A stretch of 7,794 nucleotides of DNA from Selaginella moellendorffii (taxonomy: Eukaryota; Plantae; Lycopodiophyta). A program made the translations under genes and the position numbers. Below are positions 1 to 7,585 of the stretch, in pieces. The notes beneath the pieces were generated by a model that saw nothing but the letters and a program-made list of their open reading frames with translations, did not search any database and was not told the DNA's origin. Location of the stretch: contig NW_003314654.1 of the NCBI RefSeq assembly GCF_000143415.4, positions 1 through 7,794 of the forward strand. Reading direction: 5' to 3'. Position 1 is the stretch's first letter. The number at the start of each line of letters is the position of its first letter.

Positions 1-1933
1 ACTTTCCTCGCCCATCAGCGTCTAAGCATCAATCTTTTTTAAAAAAATTGGTAATATTATTGCAGAATGGCAGCCTTCTTTGAGAGAGTTGGCAGGGCCA
101 TACCTGTACGTTCTATAGGCAGACGACTCAAAGAACAGCCCACATCAATGCATGAGCTACTCCTCAAAGGACAGGAGGAAAGCCTCCTCTACCCTGGAAA
201 TCCCAAGCTTTTGGAGACCATCACACTCTAGAGTCTCTACTGCAATGAAAGGCCCATGACATACTGGAAACTCTCACTTAAGCATCTTGCACTGGAGATT
301 TCCCTTGTGGCCGGAGATGAATGCGGTGATGTTGTGATGTTGTGAGGTTTATTTATGATGCACTTGCACTGGACACACTTCTTCCAGTAAGATCTGAACC
401 ACATCACGTACTCTAGTCTAGATTCATATGCTTTTTGTTGAAAAATGAACAAGGTTATGAGTAAGTGATTTGCTAGTCATTATTGATCAAAGTGATTTTG
501 GAAAGATGCTTTGAATGTGGAGTAGTTAACTATGTTTGCCTCCAAAAGAGTGTTTTTTCCATGTTGTTTGGCCAATGAGTGATTGCAAAAAGTTGTAAAG
601 CTTGTGCCAATGCTATTTGATGGACAATATTGTTCAAAGTGAGTGATATATGTTTTGGCAAAGATGTCACCATTGCTAAAGAAGTGTGCCTTGCTATAGA
701 ATATGGATGTGCATGGGGAGAACCATCAATGGTAGACTCTTTCACTCAGTATCTATGGTAAACAATGCTTCTTTCTTGCTAGAAAGAGCATTTTGGTAAT
801 CTAGCTTGCATAGGTATCAAAACATCCCTATACCCTATGCATTATATGAAAGATTATTGGCTGCCATCTCTGCCTGAAATGAGTTTGAACTAGCATAATA
901 AAGTGTCTAATATGTAGCAAATGCCAAGTCATAGAAAGATGTTAAAGAATTTTAATTTGTGTCAGAATAAAATGTCCAAAATGGGATAGTTCCAAATAAA
1001 TAAGTATACTACTGTGGATTTCCCCTAACCAAGATTGTTGTCCTTTTGCAAATCCCAATTCCTCATAAAGAAAAGAGAAATTTAGCTATAAAATTGAAGA
1101 AAGATATGAAAGATATCATGAAAGAATATAGATATAGGATATCACCTAAAAACAGTGGAAAAAAAAAAAACAAAGAAAAAAAGCTATAACTTTTAAAATG
1201 TTTCAAAGTGAATATGAAATTTGATATAGACTCATTAAAAAAGCTTATACTTAAACAAAGAGAATGAGATTAAAACGATGGAGCTAAAACACCAAAATGC
1301 CTGTAGAAAACTGATTTAAACTTTAAATTTATAACTCATGTAATTATGAGATAAGATTTAGATATATTATTATTATGAATCTTTGGAACCTTGAGGATCC
1401 ATTTGGACAATTTCCTTGTTTTAACACACACATTTTGAGTTTTCAACTGTGGAGTGATAAATATGTTAAAGGCTATATTATCAAATAATTTCCCCTTTTT
1501 CAATTTGTTGGTGAAATTTTTTTTGCTACCTTGGAGTAGGAAAATATATGGTGCTTGCTTCACTTAGATTAGGATTAACTTGTTGTAGTTAGTGATGAAG
1601 CACAAGTGAAAACTCATGAGAGGGAAATAAGTGGGAGATTATTTTAAGCCTAGATAAAAAATTTGATGATTTACAAATGAAAAAAGTCTATATTAATGGG
1701 AACAATAGTATATAGTTGGTTAATTAGGATGTGATTATAGGATGAGATTTAGATAACTATCATTATAGATCCTTGAGATAAAATAGCTATTAAATTTATT
1801 TTTATTAAATAATTACCTTTTCTCCAGTTGACTTAAATAAAATATGTTACATTTGGTTAGGATGGGTTCAATTCCTAAGAAAGTGGCACATTCACAAAAT
1901 GAGGAAACCGAAGTGGCATAATATTTATATATA

Positions 1934-2138
1934 GGAGAAAAAATATTTAAAAAAACGAGGGGCACATCACAATTATAAGGAAGGGGTACAACATTCAGAA
2001 AGAAGAGAAACATAAAATGGAAAAAAAATATTAAAAAAAGAGAAAAGAAGATAAGAAAAAGTCACCAAAAAGAGAAAAAATATTAAAAAAAGGAGGAGGA
2101 AGACTTTTAAAGAGGATAAAAAATATTAAAAACGAAGG
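1934..2138. repeat. Purine-rich low-complexity region with four degenerate copies of AAAAAATATTAAAAA
   Basis: Copies at about 1934-1962, 2019-2040, 2072-2100 and 2114-2138, each flanked by GA-rich sequence. There is strong A/G strand skew across ~1930-2290. Confidence 0.65.
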
Positions 2139-2397
2139 AGAGAGGAAAAGGTCTATGGTAGAGGAGACAAGAAAACATAATAGAGTGGGGAAATATAATA
2201 TAGTTGAATGTTCAATAGGTGTTAGCTGTCATTAAATTTCATTATTTCTAATCTAATAGAGGAGAGGACAAAAGAGAAAAATTGTATAAATAGACTTCAT
2301 TTGCGAGGGTGGAAGAAAATTTTTACTAATCAAAATGCAGCAATTCAAACTTTAGGCTCCAGTCGCCTTTGATGCATTACTGCTGGTGCTAGCACTG

Positions 2398-3225
2398 TGT
2401 AAGGAACCGATTCCCTAAGATGTCGTAGGCTAAAGGATCCCCGAAAGCATGACTGAAATGACAAAGAGTTCATCGGATGGGACCGAGTCGAAGATTGAGT
2501 CCAAGACCGACTCTGAGACCGAGTCTAGATAGAGTCCGGGATCGAGTCCGAGACCGAATCGGAGACCGAGTTCGAGACCGAGGTTGAGACTGGGGCCGAG
2601 GGGCCTTGGGTGGGAGTGAGCATGGGCTTGAGTGGTGCCGGAGGGGCCACCTAGGGAAGTGCTCAAGAGCAGCTCCCACTCCCGAAAGGGAAATCGATTG
2701 CAGTGCTCCCGGCTCATGTGGAGTGGTGCCCCACTTGAGTACCTTGTGGCTCATTGGTCCTCGCCCTTCCTAGGGGCTTGGGCCTTCATTTCGGGATGGA
2801 AGTGGGGGGGTAGAGGTACCCATATTGGGCCGTTAGGCCACGGTGTTTCGCCCCAACGTCCCGAAGCAAGTGCTACACCCAAGGCTTGGGATTTAGAGGG
2901 TCCCATGATCAAGTTTTATGGTACCAAGGGGTGTTAGGAATCTGGAGGCTTGGTGTGCTTGGCTGCTTGTGCCTGTGGGGAGTGTAGCTGAACCTTAAGT
3001 CCAGTCTAACCCGGGGAGGGGGATTGGGAGAGATTTGGGAATCCGTAGATGGATGGCTAACACTTCGTTGCTCGTGCAGTGAGTAGCTGAGACCAAGTAT
3101 GACCAAGTAAGAGCTGGTACCATAGGCAAGAACCTTGGCGAGGGAACTTAGCACAAGCCAAGGCAGTGTTGGTCGGATAGACGAGGTAAGCTGGCAAATT
3201 GGAAAGGAAAAATTTGTGGCTTACA
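2398..3225 (+). repeat. 5' LTR (828 bp)
   Basis: Starts TGTAAG (2398-2403) and ends CTTACA (3220-3225), a perfect 6-bp terminal inverted repeat with TG...CA ends. The 3' end sits 3 nt (ATT) before the PBS. The 5' boundary coincides with the composition shift but cannot be confirmed without the 3' LTR. Predicted TSD is CACTG (2393-2397). Confidence 0.82.
2481..2599 (+). repeat. Degenerate 12-bp tandem repeat (~10 copies, consensus GACCGAGTCCGA) in the U3 part of the LTR
   Basis: Units: gaccgagtcgaa, gattgagtccaa, gaccgactctga, gaccgagtcta (11 nt), gatagagtccgg, gatcgagtccga, gaccgaatcgga, gaccgagttcga, gaccgaggttga, gactggggccga. Confidence 0.9.
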
Positions 3226-3251
3226 ATTTGGTATCGAAGCGTTTTCCTCAG
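3186..3251 (+). other. Candidate 5'-leader intron spanning the LTR 3' end and PBS (66 nt)
   Basis: Strong donor GAG|GTAAGC at 3186 and a pyrimidine-tract acceptor TTTTCCTCAG| ending at 3251 (alternative TTCTAG| at 3257), upstream of the gag ATG at 3285. There is no protein frame to validate it. Confidence 0.5.
3229..3240 (+). promoter_or_regulatory. Primer binding site, initiator Met-tRNA (plant type)
   Basis: TGGTATCGAAGC lies immediately after the LTR-terminal CA plus ATT. It matches the canonical plant tRNAiMet PBS TGGTATCAGAGC at 10/12 positions, and one difference is a G:U-compatible change. Confidence 0.88.
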
Positions 3252-3284
3252 TTCTAGCGAAGGATAGAGGCGGATTGCTGGGAG

Positions 3285-4370
3285 ATGGCAAAGGCAGGGC
3301 GAAAGCGAACCCAGGCGGAGATAGAACCTCCGCCAGAGCTGGAGCCTCCGGTCGAACAAGAGGCTATGGATGAGGAATCCTTGCATGAGGAGGACTCCAG
3401 TGAGGAAACATCCAAACAGGAGTCCGGTGGCGAGGTTCGGTCGTCCAAGGCTCGATTGGACGTTCTAGAAAGACAATTGGCACAGACCAATGCCCTGCTA
3501 GAGACTCTCGTACACAAGCTAAAGTGTGACGAGAAGCGGAAGAAAAAGTGAAAGACTGCGGATGCTGGCAGCGCAGAAGGTGTGGACCCTTCGGCAGGGA
3601 CTAAGGCAAAACCAGACAAGGTCGAACAGACCGAAGTGGAATCAATCCCTCAGGCAGTTCCCAAGTACAAAACAAAGCCCCCACCGGTCTTCAAGGGAGT
3701 GAACGACTATAAGGTGGTGGAGGATTGGTTTTATGATATGGAGGACTATTTCTGAGCGTTGCGATTACCGAGCTCGGAGAAGGTCCCATGTGCAAAACCA
3801 TACTTGGCAGATAATGCCAAGTCTTGGTGGAGAACGACAGAGGCCAACGAAGGACCGGTGGCCACTTGGGAAATGATGAAGGCGAGGATCCGCGCAACTT
3901 ACGTTCCTCCGAATGCTACTCTGCATCTAAGGGACGAGCTGAGTAGGCTGAAGCAGACCAAAACCATTCAGGAGTATGTGAATGGGTTTATGGCAAAGAG
4001 GATACTTGTCATGGACATGGGGGATATGGATGCGTTCCATGCCTTCATATCAGGTTTGCAAACCTGGGCTCGCGGTGAAGTGATGCGATGGAACCTGACC
4101 AACTACAAGGAAGCGTTGGATGCGGCCATCAAGGTGCATTTCAACGATAACCTGCGAAAGGGGAACACGACGAGGTCGGGATGCATGTTTAGCAAAGGGG
4201 CCAAACCAAGGGGAACGTTTAGCAGAGGGAAATTCAAGAAGAGTTTCTCTAAGAATGAGTCTTCGGGGTTCCGGAAAGGCAAATTTGGTGGCCAGCGAGC
4301 GAGTACGTGGGGGAGTCAAGCGAAAAGAGACAAACCCACAGATAAGAAGGTCAAGTCATATAGCAGCTAG
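3285..4370 (+). pseudogene. gag: gag (retrotransposon capsid), interrupted by two in-frame stops
   Basis: ORFs 3285-3551 and 3759-4370 are in the same frame and join through TGA at 3549-3551 and 3753-3755. Gag motifs: PPVFKGVNDYKVVEDWFYDMEDYF, YLADNAKSWW, TWEMMKARIRATY, LSRLKQTKTIQEYVNGF, AFISGLQ. The C-terminus is basic and no CCHC zinc knuckle is visible. Confidence 0.9.
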
Positions 4371-4575
4371 AAGATCTAGGGTGGAGGCCTAGGATCTAAA
4401 GGTAGGGCAAAGCAAGGCCAAAGAATCCTGCTTAAACTTGGTGTCCACGAGAGGACAACTCACTAAAGGAACTAAGGCAGCATTTTTGTGCTTACTCTCG
4501 GTGAAGAGTGACAAAAAGACAGGAACGGAAAAAGTACCTTTAGTGATCCAACGGGTGTTGGACCAATTCCAGGAT

Positions 4576-5520
4576 ACCATGCCGGAGGAGTTACCGGCGG
4601 GGTTGCCCCCCGCACGATCGATAGAACATAAGATTGAGCTGGTCGAGGGTGCTGAGGCGGTGGTTCGTCCCCCCTATCGTTTGAATGAGAAAGAACTTGA
4701 GGAGCTCAAGCGCCAACTAGAGGAGTTGGTGGACAGAGGGTATGTTAGGTTGAGCAAGTCGCTGTATGGGGCGTTGGTGTTATTTGTGAAAAAGAAAGAT
4801 GGATCTATGTGCATGTGCATAGACTACCGATTGCTCAACAAGTATACAAAGAAGAACAAGTACCCTTTGCCTATGATTGAGGACCTATTTGATAGGTTGG
4901 GAAAGGCAAAATACTTCTCGAGAATTGACCTGAGGTCAGGATACTACCAGATCAGGGTAGCAGAGGAAGATGTCGAGAAGACAACCTGTCGAACCAGGTA
5001 TGGGAGCTTTGAGTTTCTGGTCATGCCCTTTGGGCTGTGCAATGCGCCGGCAACGTTTTCAGCGTTGATGAACCATATCTTTGTACCCTATTTGGATCAC
5101 TTCGTGGTCGTCTATATTGACGACATCCTAATCTATAGCGAGATGCTAGAGGAGCATGCCGAACACTTGGCGAAGGTATTTGAGAAACTAAGGGAACACA
5201 AACTATATGCTAAAGAGAGCAAATGTGACTTTGCTCAACAAGAGGTAAAGTTTCTCGGGCATGTGGTGGGCCAGGACGGGCTCAAGGTGGACCCAGAGAA
5301 GGTCCAAGCGATCCAGGAATGGGAGCGACCATCAAATGTACATAAGTTGAGGGCGTTCTTGGGGCTATGCAACTACTATCGAAAGTTTATCAGACACTAT
5401 TCGAGAGTAGCCCTGCCCTTAACAGACCAAACAGGAAAAGGGAAGATGGTATGGACAGCGGAATGCAAGGCGGCATTCGTCCACCTCAAAGGGAAGTTGA
5501 GGAAGGCTCCAGTGTTGGCA
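4576..5520 (+). other. Reverse transcriptase domain (approximate bounds)
   Basis: Motifs: [36 protein letters not shown] (D at 4927), [12 protein letters not shown], catalytic YIDD (5113-5124), [16 protein letters not shown]. Confidence 0.97.
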
Positions 5521-5883
5521 TTACCAGATTTTGGTAAGGACTTTGAGGTAGACACGGATGCTTCGGACTTTGCGTTGGGCACAGTTTTGAAGCAAGACAA
5601 CTATCCAATAGCGTTCTTCTCGAAGAAGTTGGACAAGGCTCAACGGAAGTGGCCTGCCCACGAGAAGGAATTGTTTGTGGTGGTCAAGGCGCTCAAGGAT
5701 TGGCAACACTACCTTGGGAAACACTTCAAGGTTTACACGGACAATGTGGCAACGAAACACTTCTTGTCACAGCCCGACCTGAGAGGGAAACAAGGTTGGT
5801 AGGCCAATGCCTTGGCCGAGTTTGATTGCGAGATTCTGTACAAGCATGGGAAGAGCAACATCGTGGCGGATGCGCTAAGTCGA
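5521..5883 (+). other. RNase H domain
   Basis: [10 protein letters not shown] (D 5557), HEKEL (E 5668), VYTDN (D 5740), NIVADALSR (D 5869). A TAG at 5800 falls where the conserved W of the Q-x-R-W motif is expected. Confidence 0.95.
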
Positions 5884-6625
5884 AAAGCGAGCTTGAGGTT
5901 GGCGATATCCAACGCAACAGCAACCTTCTGGGACAATGTGCGGACAGCATATGAGAACGATGGTCTAGCACAAGAAGTGTTGCTGAGGAATCTAGAAGCA
6001 CGGGAAGCTCACCAGAGAGGTGAGCTGCCAACGGAAGAAAAAACGGGCTATGCGGAACGCAACGGACTCATCTATTACAAGCAAACGAGGGTGTATGTTC
6101 CAGAAGCGGAACTAAGGAAGGTAGCTTTAGAAGAGTGTCATGACGGACCTCTTGCGGGACACAGCGGAATGCCCAAGACGATGGGCTTACTCAAGAGGAA
6201 GTACCATTGGCCAGATATGGCTAAGGACGTCCAAGACTATGTAAAGATATGTCCAACATGTCAGCAGGTCAAAGCCGTGACTAAGGCTAGTGGGGGCTTG
6301 TTGCAAAGCATCCCAATTCCAGATCATCCGTGGAAATGTCTTATGATGGACTTCATCACGAGACTTCCCCCAAGCGAGGGGTTTGGTGCGATATTCGTGG
6401 TGGTGGACCGATTTTCGAAAATGGCACATTTCATACCCACCACAATGGAAGTGGATGCGGAAGGTGTGGCGAAGCTATTCTTCGAACAAGTGGTTCGAGT
6501 GCGGGGAAGGTCGGAAAAGATCATCTCAGACCAAGATAAGATCTTCACTAGTAGGTTCTAGAGGACTCTCCTAGAACAGTATCGCACCAAGTTGAAATTC
6601 AGCACAGCCTATCACCCACAGACAG

Positions 6626-6672
6626 GTATGGGGTATTAAGTCAAGTTGGTTGGCACTAACACTTCTTGATAG
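6626..6672 (+). other. Putative spliceosomal intron 1 in the integrase catalytic core (47 nt, phase 1)
   Basis: CAG|GTATGG ... CACTAAC (6654-6660) ACTTCTTGATAG|AC. Removal restores the codon GAC and the motif HPQTDGQTERVN, with exactly 35 residues between D(6529) and E(6684). Confidence 0.88.
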
Positions 6673-7090
6673 ACGGACAAACGGAAAGGGTGAATAGGCA
6701 GCTGGAGGATTATTTGCGATGCTATGTCTCAGGAGACCACACCGATTGGGTAAGTCATTTGGGACTTGCAGAAATATGTTATAACAACTCACCATATTCG
6801 AGTATCAGGGTGAGTCCATGGGAAGTCATCAATGGGCGAGCTATTGAAGGTCTTGTGGAGCTCGGTGTGGCCGAGTACCATGGAGAGTTACCCGCAGTGG
6901 AGGCATTCATGGCGGAAAGACTCAGCATTTAGAATCTAGTGAGGGATTCCTTGGAACGGGCTCAACAAAGGCAAACCAAATACGTGAACCAGAAGCGTCA
7001 GGATGTAGAGTTCCAAGCTGGGGAAAAGGTGTGGCTGAACACCAAGAACCTCAGGCTACCAAGTGGGATCAGCCGAAAGTTGACCCAAAG

Positions 7091-7142
7091 GTAAAAATGC
7101 ATGTATTCCTGTAAATGAATTGATCTTGAGTTCCTTAAGCAG
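7091..7142 (+). other. Putative spliceosomal intron 2 in the integrase C-terminal region (52 nt, phase 2)
   Basis: AAG|GTAAAA ... TTGAT (7120-7124) ... TTCCTTAAGCAG|GT, 17/52 GC. Removal restores the codon AGG and the motif SRKLTQRFAGPYEI, in frame with the chromodomain. Confidence 0.87.
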
Positions 7143-7317
7143 GTTCGCGGGGCCTTACGAGATCGAGACACGAATCGGTAAAGTGGCTTACCGACTCTGA
7201 CTTCCTCGAGAGATGGGGAAGATGCACCCAGTGTTCCGCGTGAACTTACTCAAGCCGTACTTTGAGGATCCGCTTCGCAAGGACCAAGTAAAACCTTTAC
7301 CTGAGGTTATCCAAGGG

Positions 7318-7485
7318 GAAGAGGAATACGAAGTTGAGGCCATCCTCAATGCGCGCAAGAGCAAGTGACAAGGACGCAAGGTGAAAGAGTTCCATGTGAA
7401 GTGGAAAGGATTTCCACACTGCGAAGCAACGTGGGAACCGGAGGAGAACCTAGAAAACGCACGAGATCTAATGGAGGAATTTCTG
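7318..7485 (+). other. Integrase C-terminal chromodomain
   Basis: EEEYEVEAILNARKSK*QGRKVKEFHVKWKGFPHCEATWEPEENLENARDLMEEFL. Aromatic-cage positions are Y 7327, W 7402 and F 7411; there is an internal TGA at 7366. Confidence 0.93.
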
Positions 7486-7585
7486 CAAGGCAGAACTCTA
7501 TGCATTTATGCAAAGTTCAATTAAAGTATCAATTTGTGGAGTTGAGCAATGGCATATGTTGGGACCCGAAAGCGCGCCGAAGGTA

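Larger units (their letters stand above)
6085..7270 (+). other. Integrase (HHCC, D-D35-E core, GPY/F module), split by two introns
   Basis: H 6139, H 6160, C 6250, C 6259; MDFITRLP (D 6349); IISDQD (D 6529); STAYHPQT|DGQTERVN (E 6684); EKVWL; RKLTQ|RFAGPYEI; VAYRL; MHPVFRVNLLKPY. Confidence 0.95.
4357..7524 (+). pseudogene. pol: pol polyprotein (RT-RNaseH-IN-chromodomain), protease absent; coding segments ~4357-6625, 6673-7090, 7143-7524
   Basis: One reading frame runs from ~4357 to TAA 7522-7524 once the two introns are removed. In-frame premature stops are at 4390, 5800, 6559, 6930, 7198 and 7366. The start coordinate is approximate (inferred deletion junction). Confidence 0.92.

Noticed and set aside
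530-745. Minus-strand ORF containing GSPHAH, reminiscent of the Helitron Rep HUH motif
   Set aside because: The expected context (EFQxRG before, hydrophobic residues after) is absent and there are no other Rep or helicase motifs; probably chance.
237-2013. Short ORFs in the AT-rich flank (237-452, 1336-1563, 1813-2013)
   Set aside because: They are short and compositionally biased, with no recognisable homology.
2481-2599. CRISPR array interpretation of the tandem repeat
   Set aside because: The units are contiguous 12-mers without unique spacers, in a eukaryotic LTR context.
2430-3154. ORFs within the LTR (2430-2717 -, 2470-2754 -, 2632-2937 +, 2909-3154 -), including RS-rich and DSVS/ETES repeats
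   Set aside because: They are by-products of the 12-bp tandem repeat and the GC-rich LTR. There is no recognisable domain, and the repeat has a 1-nt deletion that breaks any frame.
6626-7142. Programmed ribosomal frameshift or random indels as the explanation for the integrase frame changes
   Set aside because: The frame changes come from 47- and 52-nt extra segments with in-frame stops and exact GT-AG ends, not from 1-2 nt slips.
3057-7505. Minus-strand and alternate-frame ORFs overlapping gag and pol
   Set aside because: They are shadow ORFs of the true coding frame with no independent motifs.
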